Below, piece after piece: positions 16,822-27,009 of a stretch of DNA of 36,092 nucleotides. The DNA is from a virus (Duplodnaviria; Caudoviricetes): IMG/VR virus record IMGVR_UViG_3300017766_000730, positions 1 to 36,092 of that record. The stretch is one strand, 5' to 3'. Below the pieces are notes generated by a model. That model was not told where the DNA came from. It ran no database searches and saw nothing but the letters and a program-made list of their open reading frames with translations. Position 1 is the stretch's first letter. Each line of letters begins with the position of its first letter. The translations under genes and the position numbers were made by a program.

Positions 16822-17976
16822 ATGTCCGAATTAATATTTTTAGCACCTTCAGGCGGAACAGTTACATTAAGCAATGCTGATACAGCAAGCGATTTAACTG
16901 TTACCCTTCCTGCTGAAAATGGAACTTTATTAATTACAGATAGCAGTAACAATCTGACTGTTAATAATTTAACTGTTACTGGTCAAGGTGCATTTACTTC
17001 TACTGGTGCTGTTTTAATGCCTGTAGGAACTACTGTACAAAGACCATCTTCTCCAGTAAACGGAATGATTCGTTATAACACCGACTCTAGCGGTTATATA
17101 GAAGCATACGCTGGCAATCAATGGATAAAATTATCCTCTACAACTCCGCCGAACTACAACATTACAGCTTTGGTTGTCGCTGGTGGTGGTAGTGGAGGCG
17201 GCTGGAATAATGGCGGAGGCGGCGGAGGCGGTGGTGGTTTCTTAACTGGAACTATTGCTTTGACTGTAGGAACTTCATACACGATTACTGTAGGTGCTGG
17301 AGCAACAAATGGCGGTGTAAATACGGTTGGAGTTGCTGGCTCTAATTCGAGCATTGGTTCTCTTTTAGTTGCTACTGGCGGCGGCGGCGGTGGTGGTCAA
17401 GCAAGTCCAGGAGGCGCAGGAGGCTCAGGCGGCGGAGGTTGTGGTTTAGATAATCAACCTTCAGGTGCGGCTGGCGGAGCTGGGGTTTCAGGTCAAGGAT
17501 TTAATGGTGGTGCTGGTACGACTGGTGTATTCGTAGACGGCAATGGAAATACTGCTGGCGGCGGTGGCGGCGGAGCAGGAGCAACTGGTAACAACGCAGG
17601 AACATATCAAGGCGGTAATGGCGGAAATGGTTTAACTTCTGCTATTACAGGCACAGTCGTTTATTACGCTGGCGGTGGCGGCGGTGCGGCTATTGGTGGA
17701 CCTGGCACTCCTGTTGGTGGAACTGGTGGTAACGGAGGCGGCGGTAATGGTTCTTCAGGTCCATCTACTTCTCCTACAAGCGGAACAGCCAACAGAGGCG
17801 GCGGAGGCGGTGGTTCACAACAAAATGCCGCACCTGGCAATGGTGGTTCAGGCGTTGTAATTCTATCTGTCCCAACTGCGAGTTATTCAGGAACAACTAC
17901 TGGTTCTCCTACTGTTACGACTGTTGGCGACAATACTGTATTGGTATATAACTCATCAGGAACATACACAGGATGA
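16822..17976 (+). CDS. Second, short glycine-rich tail fibre/adhesin
   Basis: TVTLPAENGT, PVGTTVQRP...GMIRYN module and a glycine-rich domain paralogous to the C-terminus of 13428-16442. Confidence 0.8.
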   Translation: MSELIFLAPSGGTVTLSNADTASDLTVTLPAENGTLLITDSSNNLTVNNLTVTGQGAFTSTGAVLMPVGTTVQRPSSPVNGMIRYNTDSSGYIEAYAGNQWIKLSSTTPPNYNITALVVAGGGSGGGWNNGGGGGGGGGFLTGTIALTVGTSYTITVGAGATNGGVNTVGVAGSNSSIGSLLVATGGGGGGGQASPGGAGGSGGGGCGLDNQPSGAAGGAGVSGQGFNGGAGTTGVFVDGNGNTAGGGGGGAGATGNNAGTYQGGNGGNGLTSAITGTVVYYAGGGGGAAIGGPGTPVGGTGGNGGGGNGSSGPSTSPTSGTANRGGGGGGSQQNAAPGNGGSGVVILSVPTASYSGTTTGSPTVTTVGDNTVLVYNSSGTYTG

Positions 17977-18287
17977 CAATTTTTAAATGGTCTGTTATAG
18001 ACATGACTGAAGAATCAGGGGTGTTTACTGAAGTACATTACAAAGTAATCGCTTCTGATGAATCTAATTCCGTCTCTACAGAAGGAAATTGGACATTTAA
18101 AAATAAATCCCATCTTGTAATTCCTGAAACAATCGAAAAAGATGTAATTTTTTGGATAAAACAGGAGTCAATGATTGACGAATCTTGTATTATCGAAAGT
18201 AATTTACAGAAACAATTAAACAGCTTAAATCAGCAAAATTCTATTAAAAAGCCTTGGATTAAGCCTACATTTACAGTAAAAATTTAG
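17973..18287 (+). CDS. Hypothetical tail-region protein
   Basis: ORF track; ATGA overlap; KPW near the C-terminus. Confidence 0.65.
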   Translation: MTIFKWSVIDMTEESGVFTEVHYKVIASDESNSVSTEGNWTFKNKSHLVIPETIEKDVIFWIKQESMIDESCIIESNLQKQLNSLNQQNSIKKPWIKPTFTVKI

Positions 18288-18296
18288 TGGAATAAT

Positions 18297-19496
18297 ATGA
18301 CACAGCCAATAGAAATTATTTCAAGAGCTTTAAAAGATATTGGAGCATTAGAGGCTGGAGAAATCCCTACGCCTGAAGCGGCGCAAGATGCTTTTGATAT
18401 GCTTAATGACCTGATAGACCAATGGTCAAATGAAAATATGATGATTTACAATGTAACAGAAATTGTATTTCCTCTTATTTCGGGTCAATATCAATACACT
18501 ATAGGACCCAATCCAAGTACAGCTAATTACATAGGAGCAAGCATTACTGGCTCTATTAGCGGCAAAGTTTTAACTGTAACTGGCGTAACAACTGGCGCAG
18601 TAGCGCAAGGGCAAACTTTAAGCGGCATTGGTATTAATGGCACTAGCACTCGTATTGTAGAGTTTTTAACTGGCGCAGGCGGAAACACAAACGAAGCTGG
18701 AACATACAGGCTAAATGTGGATGCTACTACACCACCAGCCGTATTTACAGGCTCTATTTCAGGAACAACATTAACCGTTACTGCTGTTTCTGCTGGTTAC
18801 ATCGGTGCTGGCGCAACCATTACAGGTTCAGGCGTTACTTCAGGCACTACTATAAGCTCCGTAATAAGCGCAAGCGGCGGAGTTGGTACATATACCGTCA
18901 GTTCTAGCCAAACGGTTTCTAGCACCCTTATGGGGGCTTCTGTTACCCCAATTCCTATTACCCTTTACTATCAAAAACCATTGGGTATTGATAGTGCTTT
19001 TGTTAGGGTAAACACCACTAGCAATGGTCAGCCTATTTTAAATGGCGGATTAGATTACCAAGTCGGCATTTTAGCTTTAGAAAACTACAACCAAATAGGT
19101 CTAAAAGCGTTAAATGGACCATGGCCTCGTGCGCTTTATTACAATGCAAACGCAGAATCAGGTAATTTAGCTGTATGGCCGAATCCCTCACAAGGGGAAA
19201 TGCACATGTTTACATCTACAATTTTTAGTAGATATAACGATTTATATGAAGATTTAGCGTTTCCGCAAGGCTATGCGATGGCATTGCGTTGGAATTTGGC
19301 GGAAAGATTAATGCCTATGTACGGCAAAATATCTACGATACAAATAGGCATGATTAATGCTTATGCGGCGCAATCAAAATCTACTTTAAAAAGAACAAAC
19401 ATGAAACCAGTAATGGTCGCTAGTTTCCCTGATGCTTTAATCGTGGGTCGTGCTAGAGATGCTGGCTGGATTCTTAACGGCGGATTTACAGGATAA
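18297..19496 (+). CDS. Head-tail adaptor (P22 gp4-like) with two inserted beta domains
   Basis: IISRALKDIG...DAFDMLNDLIDQW and PQGYAMALRWNLAERL..YG flank two GSISG.. repeats. Confidence 0.75.
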   Translation: MTQPIEIISRALKDIGALEAGEIPTPEAAQDAFDMLNDLIDQWSNENMMIYNVTEIVFPLISGQYQYTIGPNPSTANYIGASITGSISGKVLTVTGVTTGAVAQGQTLSGIGINGTSTRIVEFLTGAGGNTNEAGTYRLNVDATTPPAVFTGSISGTTLTVTAVSAGYIGAGATITGSGVTSGTTISSVISASGGVGTYTVSSSQTVSSTLMGASVTPIPITLYYQKPLGIDSAFVRVNTTSNGQPILNGGLDYQVGILALENYNQIGLKALNGPWPRALYYNANAESGNLAVWPNPSQGEMHMFTSTIFSRYNDLYEDLAFPQGYAMALRWNLAERLMPMYGKISTIQIGMINAYAAQSKSTLKRTNMKPVMVASFPDALIVGRARDAGWILNGGFTG

Positions 19497-21481
19497 TGCC
19501 TGACTTCGGATTCGTAGGAGCTTCCTACACAGCCCCTTCTATCTACCAAGATGACCAAGAATGTATTAATTGGCGTCCTGAAGTAGACCCTATGAAAGCC
19601 GAAGTAGAGAGAGGTGTTATTGCTCTTTACCCAACTCCAGGTCTTAAATTTTTAACGAATTTACAGCCTGATGAGCCTGTTCGTGGTCTTAGAACAATAT
19701 CTTCAGGAGGCTCACAATTAATTGCTGTATGCGGACAATATGTTTATTCCGTTGCTTACAATGCGGCATCGGCAATTATTGGTCAGCTTTTAACTACCAC
19801 AGGACCTGTAAGCATTACCGATAATGGTATTTATGTTTATATCGTAGATGGTGCTAATCGTTATTCTTGGCTTATTGATGCTCCTGATACCACTACTTTT
19901 ACTGGCTCTATATCAGGCACTACATTAAATGTCGCTAATTTAACGGCTGGTACGGTTAGTGTCGGCTCACAAGTTTATGGCGTTGGCGTTTTACAAGGAA
20001 CAGTTATTACTGCTGGTTCAGGTAGCACATGGACAGTTAATAATTCTCAAAATATTGCCAGCGAAGTATTTAATACAGACCCTGCTTGCACTATATTAAC
20101 TGGCTCTATTGCTACAGCTAGCTCTGTTGTTACTCTTACTGTCTCCGCTGTTTCTTATGGAACAATATCCGTAGGAACTACAGTTATTGGCACAGGAATT
20201 CCAACAGGCACGATTATTAAAGCATTAGGAACTGGCACAGGCGGTGTAGGAACATACATATTAAGTGGAGATTCTTTAACTCTTACTTCTAGGACTATTT
20301 ATGCTCACCAATTTACTGTTTTGCCAGCTACAGATGGTGCTTTTGAAGGCGGTACAGTTGTTGATGTAAATGATAATTATTTTATATACAGCAGACCTGA
20401 AAGCCAGCAATTTGCTGTTTCTGACCTTTTAAGCCCTATTACACAGCCATTGAGCTTCGGAAGCAAATTTACTTCTCCTGACAATTTGGTTTCTTTAATA
20501 GCAAATAATGGTCAGCTTTATTTGTTAGGCGAAAAGTCATCCGAAGTATGGTCAGACCAAGGCACTTTCCCTTTAGCTTATCAACGGATTCCTGGCAGTT
20601 CTACCCAACAGGGTATCGTAGCTCCTTATTCCGTAGCTAGAGTCGGCACATCTTTTGCGTATGTATCTCAGAATATTCGTGGTTTAAATCAAATTGTATT
20701 AATGAATGGTTATACGCCACAACGCATTTCTACTCATGCGGTAGAAAATAGTCTTTTAGACCAATACACTTCTGATGCTATTGCTTATACATACCAATTA
20801 GAAGGTCATGAAGTTTATGTTGTAAGTTTCCCAACAATAGACATTACTTGGGCTTATGACTTTACAACGCAAATGTGGCATAAATGGTTATGGGTAGATA
20901 ACAATAATGTTTACCATCGCCATCGCAGTAATTGTGCGGCTGTTTTCCAAGGAATCGTGGTCGTTGGAGATTGGGAAAACGGCAATTTATACCAATTAGA
21001 CCAAAGCGTTTACACCGACAACGGCGAACAAATTAGAAGATTGCGTAGAGCACCACATTTATTGGCTGATTTACAAAGGCAATATTTTGATGAATTACAG
21101 ATTCAATTTCAGCCTGGAGTTGGTAATGGCGGATTTTCTAGGGATAGAAACACTTATTTAGGCAATCCGTACACAATTCCGCTTGACGAGCCATTAACAT
21201 TAGAGCTAGAAGAAATCTATGTATTGGGCTATGCTGGTCAAATTAGACCAAATGATGTTCTATATAATCCTAAAGCTATGTTGCGCTGGTCAAATGACGG
21301 CGGCTCTACTTGGTCTAAAGAATATTGGCAAGACATTGGGCAACAGGGTAAATACAGGCATCGTTCAATTTGGAGAAGATTGGGCATGGCTAGGGATAGA
21401 ATTTTTGAGGTTGTAGTTTCCGACCCAATAAAAGCAGTAATTGTTTCCGCTAATCTAAAAGGCTCAGGAGCAGATAATTAA
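19496..21481 (+). CDS. Tail hub / DNA stabilization protein (P22 gp10-like) with two inserted beta domains
   Basis: ALYPTPGL, SPDNLV, RISTHAVE, MLRWSNDGGSTWS, WRRLGMARDR motifs. Confidence 0.85.
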   Translation: MPDFGFVGASYTAPSIYQDDQECINWRPEVDPMKAEVERGVIALYPTPGLKFLTNLQPDEPVRGLRTISSGGSQLIAVCGQYVYSVAYNAASAIIGQLLTTTGPVSITDNGIYVYIVDGANRYSWLIDAPDTTTFTGSISGTTLNVANLTAGTVSVGSQVYGVGVLQGTVITAGSGSTWTVNNSQNIASEVFNTDPACTILTGSIATASSVVTLTVSAVSYGTISVGTTVIGTGIPTGTIIKALGTGTGGVGTYILSGDSLTLTSRTIYAHQFTVLPATDGAFEGGTVVDVNDNYFIYSRPESQQFAVSDLLSPITQPLSFGSKFTSPDNLVSLIANNGQLYLLGEKSSEVWSDQGTFPLAYQRIPGSSTQQGIVAPYSVARVGTSFAYVSQNIRGLNQIVLMNGYTPQRISTHAVENSLLDQYTSDAIAYTYQLEGHEVYVVSFPTIDITWAYDFTTQMWHKWLWVDNNNVYHRHRSNCAAVFQGIVVVGDWENGNLYQLDQSVYTDNGEQIRRLRRAPHLLADLQRQYFDELQIQFQPGVGNGGFSRDRNTYLGNPYTIPLDEPLTLELEEIYVLGYAGQIRPNDVLYNPKAMLRWSNDGGSTWSKEYWQDIGQQGKYRHRSIWRRLGMARDRIFEVVVSDPIKAVIVSANLKGSGADN

Positions 21482-21723
21482 TGGCTACTAATCAAATTTT
21501 CGCAGGCAATACTGGTAACCCTTTGCCGCAAACTGATTTTTTAGATGCTCCGCCTATTAATAGACCGACTAGAGCATGGATTCAATTTTTTTTAAATATG
21601 ATGAATGGCACTTCTTCTCCTACGGCAACAACTGGTTCTGCTACTTTGCCAGCCAATCCAGTAGGATTTATGAATGTAACTATTGATGGTAAACCCTATA
21701 AAGTGCCTTATTACAATCCATGA
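21481..21723 (+). CDS. Small tail protein
   Basis: PTRAWIQFF...LPANPVGF...KVPYY; TAATG coupling after gp10-like gene. Confidence 0.65.
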   Translation: MATNQIFAGNTGNPLPQTDFLDAPPINRPTRAWIQFFLNMMNGTSSPTATTGSATLPANPVGFMNVTIDGKPYKVPYYNP

Positions 21724-22187
21724 TTACTTATAAAGTAGATGATTGGATTGAAAATTTGCCTCAGTTTAAAGGGCTTGCTGTAGACCATTATGACGAGATA
21801 GAAACTTTAAAAGAGTTTCCGTTAGATTTAGATTTTGATACATACGAAGCAATTTATAACAGTAAAAAGCTGGTTTTTATAACGGCTAAAGATGGTGATG
21901 AATTAATTGGCTATATAGTGTTTTTCGTTATGCCACATATTCATTCTAAGAATTGTTTGACGGCTCATGAAGATATTTACTTTATGAAGCCTGAATACAG
22001 AAAAGGTTTTAACGGAATTAACATGTTTAAATTTGCACAAAATTATTTAGAGTCTATTGGCGTAGATTTAATTTTGTATTCTACAAAAGTTAAATTTGAC
22101 AATACCAGTCTTTTTAACTATTTAGGTTGCAAACCAATAGATAAAATATTTACTAAATTGTTGCAAAAACAGATAATAGAGCATTAG
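21720..22187 (+). CDS. GNAT-fold (acetyltransferase-like) protein in the virion cluster
   Basis: LIGY...EDIYFMKPEYRKGFNG (GNAT motif A-like)...FNYLG. Confidence 0.7.
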   Translation: MITYKVDDWIENLPQFKGLAVDHYDEIETLKEFPLDLDFDTYEAIYNSKKLVFITAKDGDELIGYIVFFVMPHIHSKNCLTAHEDIYFMKPEYRKGFNGINMFKFAQNYLESIGVDLILYSTKVKFDNTSLFNYLGCKPIDKIFTKLLQKQIIEH

Positions 22188-22195
22188 GAGAATAT

Positions 22196-23116
22196 ATGAG
22201 TTCGATTGTTTCCAGCGTAGGCAATATCATTGGTTTAGACCAAGGAAATAGGCAACAGCAAACTGGTTATTCCAATGCCAATGGAATTATTAACCAGCAA
22301 TATGACAAGGGTGCTGAAGCCTTAAAAAGCGGCTACGGACAGGGCATACAAAACCTTAATACAGGTTACGGAAATGCCGCCAATAGCTTAACGCAAGGTC
22401 TACAGCTCGGCAGTGACCCTATAAATCAATATTACGGTCAAGCGGCTAATAATTACCAGCCTTATACCAATGCTGGCGGTGCGGCGGCTAATCAATTAAG
22501 CAATTTAATTGGTAGCGGATATGGTTCGCATCAATTTAATACGCAAGATTTGTACAACGGTTTATCTCCTAATTATGAATTTCAGCTTAAACAAGGTCAA
22601 GGCAATGCGGCGGCTATGGCTAATGCTGGCGGCGGCTTGCTTGGCGGCAATGCTTTGCAAGGTTTGAACGAATTTACGCAAAATTTTGCAGGAAACGCTT
22701 ATCAAAACGCATTTAACAATTATCAAACCCAAAGAAACAATATATTTAGCAATAACCAAAATGCCGCAAATATGGGTTTAAATGCTACAAACAATTTAGC
22801 AAATGTTTTAACTGGTCAAGGAAACAGATTGTCAGATTTAGGTTCTGCTTATGGCTCTGCTAATGCTGGTTTAAATGTAAACCAAGGCGCAAATCTAGCT
22901 GGTCTTAATGTCGGTCAAGGTCAAAACCTTGCTAATCTTTATACTGGTCAGGGCAGAATTTTGGCTGGCAATAATATCGATGCTGGAAAACTTGCGGCAG
23001 AAAACACCATGGCGCAATATAACCAAGGTGGAAAAGCGATTGCGAGTGCTTCAGGAGATGCTACCAATTTGGGTGGCGCATTGTCTAATATCGGCAAATT
23101 ATTTAGCTTAGGATAA
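22196..23116 (+). CDS. DNA ejection/pilot protein (P22 gp7-like)
   Basis: N/G/Q/A-rich; SPNYEFQLKQG...GGLLGGNALQGL motif; 11-residue repeats. Confidence 0.7.
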   Translation: MSSIVSSVGNIIGLDQGNRQQQTGYSNANGIINQQYDKGAEALKSGYGQGIQNLNTGYGNAANSLTQGLQLGSDPINQYYGQAANNYQPYTNAGGAAANQLSNLIGSGYGSHQFNTQDLYNGLSPNYEFQLKQGQGNAAAMANAGGGLLGGNALQGLNEFTQNFAGNAYQNAFNNYQTQRNNIFSNNQNAANMGLNATNNLANVLTGQGNRLSDLGSAYGSANAGLNVNQGANLAGLNVGQGQNLANLYTGQGRILAGNNIDAGKLAAENTMAQYNQGGKAIASASGDATNLGGALSNIGKLFSLG

Positions 23117-23119
23117 AAA

Positions 23120-24526
23120 ATGGCTCTTACTTTTAATCCTGTAAATGTTAATGTTCCAGCTCCGAGTTCGTTCTCAGAAGGCATAAATCCTAGAAATACT
23201 GGAAACATGCTTTCCACTTTGGGCAATTTAACAACTATAGATACACAGCAACAGGCTTTAAAAAAAGCAGAAGCGACTTATCAGGCAGATGTAGAAAGGT
23301 CTAAAGCAGAATCACAAACTGCTGTAACAGGCTCAAAAAGTGCTAATTTAAAGTTTGGTAAAGAACAAGCTAATTCTATGTATGAAGTGCTTGCGCCTTA
23401 TGCTTCGGATAAAAGAGTAATTAATGCTGAAACATTGGGTGACAATGCCACAGAAGAACAAAGAACATCTGTGCTTAATGGTTTGCATGACATTTCCGAT
23501 GAAGTAGATAAAAATTTAGAAGCAAAAGGATGGTCAAAACCTGATAGAAGGCGTTATATACATGAATTAGACGCTACTATTTTAAAAGACCCAAGACAAG
23601 TCCCTGATTTGTTAAAACGAGTAACGCAAACATTGGCTGGCGTATCTAATATTGCACAGCAAAATCAACCAAGCGTTCAAACTATTAATGGTCAAACTAC
23701 CACTATTGTTCCGTCTAGAGGTGTAGTGCCATTACAAGGCACACAGCCTGCAAATGCTCCTGTTCAAAATGCGCCTACTTCTAATGCTCCTGCTGGCGGA
23801 GTAACAGAAAGCGCAATGAATATGCCACAACTGCAATATCCAGTTCGTAAAGCTGGAGAAGCATACGCACAATTACCTAATGAGCCGAAAGATTTAGAAG
23901 ATGGCAGAATGTATCGTGGTAATTTAATTGCCGCACAAACAGATTTACCTACAATGCGTAGGAATGTCGATGAAGTTATTAAAGAAGCCAAACTTTTAGA
24001 ACAGTCTGAATGGAATAAAGGCGCAGGATTTTGGGGTAAAGCTGGCAGAGAATTTAGCACTTTTATGGGTACAGAAGAAGGTATTCGCTACAAACAATTA
24101 AGCAAAGATTTAGCAAATGCTCAATTAACTGCTATTAAAGCTAGTGGCGGCAGTTTAAATACCGATGCTGGCAAACAATTAGCGGCTATGGCTAATGGTG
24201 ATGTTACTTATCCGCCTAAAGTATTGCAGAGCATTGCTCGCAGAACACAAGCCGATATGACAAATCTTGATATGCAAGCAACAGCCGCACAAAAGTTTAC
24301 AGAATTGTATGGCGACCAAAATATGAATACATTTAAACAGCTATGGTCTAAAAACGCCGATAGCAAAATGTTTGAATTAAAAAACATATATGACAATCCT
24401 GATATGTCCGAAAAAGAAAAAGAGGCGGCTCGTAAAGAATTATTAGGTTCCAATGAAAAAACCTTGCAGGAATATGCAAGGAAATGGAAAAATATTCAAA
24501 AACTTGAAAGAACTGGAAGTCTCTGA
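23120..24526 (+). CDS. DNA ejection protein (putative)
   Basis: Helical 468 aa between pilot protein and transglycosylase-bearing protein; positional call. Confidence 0.6.
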   Translation: MALTFNPVNVNVPAPSSFSEGINPRNTGNMLSTLGNLTTIDTQQQALKKAEATYQADVERSKAESQTAVTGSKSANLKFGKEQANSMYEVLAPYASDKRVINAETLGDNATEEQRTSVLNGLHDISDEVDKNLEAKGWSKPDRRRYIHELDATILKDPRQVPDLLKRVTQTLAGVSNIAQQNQPSVQTINGQTTTIVPSRGVVPLQGTQPANAPVQNAPTSNAPAGGVTESAMNMPQLQYPVRKAGEAYAQLPNEPKDLEDGRMYRGNLIAAQTDLPTMRRNVDEVIKEAKLLEQSEWNKGAGFWGKAGREFSTFMGTEEGIRYKQLSKDLANAQLTAIKASGGSLNTDAGKQLAAMANGDVTYPPKVLQSIARRTQADMTNLDMQATAAQKFTELYGDQNMNTFKQLWSKNADSKMFELKNIYDNPDMSEKEKEAARKELLGSNEKTLQEYARKWKNIQKLERTGSL

Positions 24527-27009
24527 TGGACGATTTCGCTAGTTTTATTACAGGCGGTTCTGCTCCTAGCAAAAAGCCGCAATATTCTTTACCTGATGTG
24601 CAGAATATGATTTATGGTCAGGAAAGTGACTTTGGTAAAGCAAAAACAAAAGACCCAAATTATGCTGGTGCTGTTGGTCCATATCAAATAGTTCCTAAAA
24701 CTTTTGAGGGCGCAAAAAAACTCGGTTTAATTCCTGCGGATTACGACATTAATAATCCTAAACATAACGAAGAAGCAGGAAAAGCATTAATTGCTGATTC
24801 TTATAAGCGTTATGGCGGAGATGCTGATAAGGTTATGGCGGAGTATTACGCTGGACCTGATGTAATCAAAAATGGCGAAATACAAACGCATTGGAAAGAT
24901 TTAAAAAACGCAAAAGCCCCAACTGTCGGTCAATATATTGAACAAGCCAAAACTCGTTTTAACGGCATGGGTGATGATTTTAGTAGGTTTATTATGGGCG
25001 GCGCATCTAATAAAAAAGATGAATCTGCTGAAACCCCTACAGAAACAAAACAAGACAATAGAACATCTATCGCTCAAATGGGCGATATGTCTAAAAAATT
25101 GGGTAAAGAGTTTATTAAACCTTTATCTGAAATTTCTTCCGAAGATTGGAAAGAAAAGAGTTTATTAGCTCCTGCTATTGAATACACAGCTTCAAGTTTA
25201 GGGATTCCAGGGTTTACGGATGCTGATAAAAAAGCGGCACAAGAAAAACTGGTTAAAAAAGGCAAAGGATTCGTAGAGGGTGTTACTAAATTAGTAACAG
25301 AGCCAGTTAATACAATTTCAGATATCGCCAAAGGTATTTACGAAAACCCTGCCAAGTTTGCTGGCGAAACAGTTAAAAGCATTATTTATGACCCTGAGCA
25401 ACTTGTTGCAGTGCCAGGTGCTGGAAAAGCTATAGAAAAAGTTGCAGAAGGCGGCTCTAAAGCAAAAGCTATTCTTGCTGAAAAGTTTAACCAAGCATTT
25501 CCAAAAATGGAACAGGCTACTCCTCCTGTAGTTATGCCAGCAGAAGCTACATTAGCTGGTGTTGGTGCGGCTAGAGCAGAATTAAACCCATACCCTAAAC
25601 TTACTGGCGAAGAAGTTGCTAGAGGTGAAATGCCGCAAATGAAGTTCGACAAAATGGCTGGTGATGTTGCGCCCAATGAACAGGCTATTAGAGCGCAAAT
25701 TATTAACGAGATTAATCAAGGCGGCAGACCGAGAACTGGTTTAATTACTGGTAATGAAAACACTATTCGTAACGAATACGCATTAGCAAATGCCGCCGAA
25801 AGAACTCCAAAAGGCGATATATTAAAGCAGGAAATTGCTAATGAGCAACAAGCTCTGCCTAGATATGCGGAAAATATTGTTAGAAAAACAGGCGCAGACC
25901 AAAACCTTTTAGATAATGAATCAAGGGCATATCGAATTAGGAATGCTTTAGATTCAGAAGAAGGATTGTACAAAGATATCGAAACTGCTAAAGGCGATAT
26001 ATATAAAGAGGCTTTTGCTAAAGTCGGCAACAATCCTGTAGAGGCTTCCAATATTGAAAAATTGTTAGATAGCAAACAATTTCAAGCCGAATTAAAACTT
26101 AAAAAATTGCCTGACTTTACTGGCGGAGCAAAAGAACTATTAGAACTCCATAAAACTGAAGGATTTACAGGCACTTTGCCGAAAAGTATCGCTGGTTTAG
26201 AAAAATTGCGCCAATCTTTAAACGCAAGCTGGACTCCTGAAAATTCTTTCGCCATTAGAAAAGCCACTAAAGCTATTGATGATGACATAGCCGCCGCAGG
26301 CGGAGCAGATACTTTAGTAAAAGCAAGAGCTTTGCACAAAGCAGAAAAAGACTTGTTTGGCTCTAAAGGTATTAAAGATTTATTAACAGAAACCGATGTA
26401 AATGGCATACAAACTGGCATACCCAATGAAAAGTTAATACAAAAACTTAACATAATGCCGAATGACCAATGGAAGCATATTTACGATACTTTAGGCAAAG
26501 CCGCAAGAGGCGAATCTATTGGCGTAAAAATTAGCCCTGAAGTGCAAGAGGCGGCGAAAGCGGCGCAGGCTGAAATGAAAGGCGCATTAGCTAGAGAAAT
26601 TTATGAAGCTGGTGCAACTAAAGCTGGCGAATGGAATGCCAATTCTGTTAATAAAATTGCCAATGCTCGTATGGCTAAAATTAAACATTCATTTAGCCCT
26701 GACGAAATTAAAGATATTTATACTCTAAATTATGGCGGCTATTTAATGCCAGCGAAAAGCCCTTATGAGGGTGCTGGTATGCAAACGCAAAGGGTTAATA
26801 AATTAACAGATAGATTGCCTATTGTTGGTAGAGCCGCAGGCGCATTAACAGGCATTCCAGGAGCTGAAACTGCTGGTGGTTATGTAGGCGGCAAAGGAAG
26901 CTCGTTTTTCCAAGGCCGAAGCCAAAAGAAAGAAGCAAAAGCATTAGAAACTGAACTTGAAAAAAATAAACAATTAGGCACAAAACTTAAAGATATAGGA
27001 AAAGAATAA
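24526..27009 (+). CDS. Large ejection protein with N-terminal lytic transglycosylase domain
   Basis: GQES (catalytic E), GAVGPYQIVPKT, AEYYAGP match SLT motifs I-III. Confidence 0.78.
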   Translation: MDDFASFITGGSAPSKKPQYSLPDVQNMIYGQESDFGKAKTKDPNYAGAVGPYQIVPKTFEGAKKLGLIPADYDINNPKHNEEAGKALIADSYKRYGGDADKVMAEYYAGPDVIKNGEIQTHWKDLKNAKAPTVGQYIEQAKTRFNGMGDDFSRFIMGGASNKKDESAETPTETKQDNRTSIAQMGDMSKKLGKEFIKPLSEISSEDWKEKSLLAPAIEYTASSLGIPGFTDADKKAAQEKLVKKGKGFVEGVTKLVTEPVNTISDIAKGIYENPAKFAGETVKSIIYDPEQLVAVPGAGKAIEKVAEGGSKAKAILAEKFNQAFPKMEQATPPVVMPAEATLAGVGAARAELNPYPKLTGEEVARGEMPQMKFDKMAGDVAPNEQAIRAQIINEINQGGRPRTGLITGNENTIRNEYALANAAERTPKGDILKQEIANEQQALPRYAENIVRKTGADQNLLDNESRAYRIRNALDSEEGLYKDIETAKGDIYKEAFAKVGNNPVEASNIEKLLDSKQFQAELKLKKLPDFTGGAKELLELHKTEGFTGTLPKSIAGLEKLRQSLNASWTPENSFAIRKATKAIDDDIAAAGGADTLVKARALHKAEKDLFGSKGIKDLLTETDVNGIQTGIPNEKLIQKLNIMPNDQWKHIYDTLGKAARGESIGVKISPEVQEAAKAAQAEMKGALAREIYEAGATKAGEWNANSVNKIANARMAKIKHSFSPDEIKDIYTLNYGGYLMPAKSPYEGAGMQTQRVNKLTDRLPIVGRAAGALTGIPGAETAGGYVGGKGSSFFQGRSQKKEAKALETELEKNKQLGTKLKDIGKE

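Noticed and set aside
15700-17860. GGC/GGT tandem runs as microsatellites, or the two similar fibre ends as a DGR template/variable pair
   Set aside because: The runs encode polyglycine. The copies differ at all base types, both are full coding genes, and no reverse transcriptase is present.
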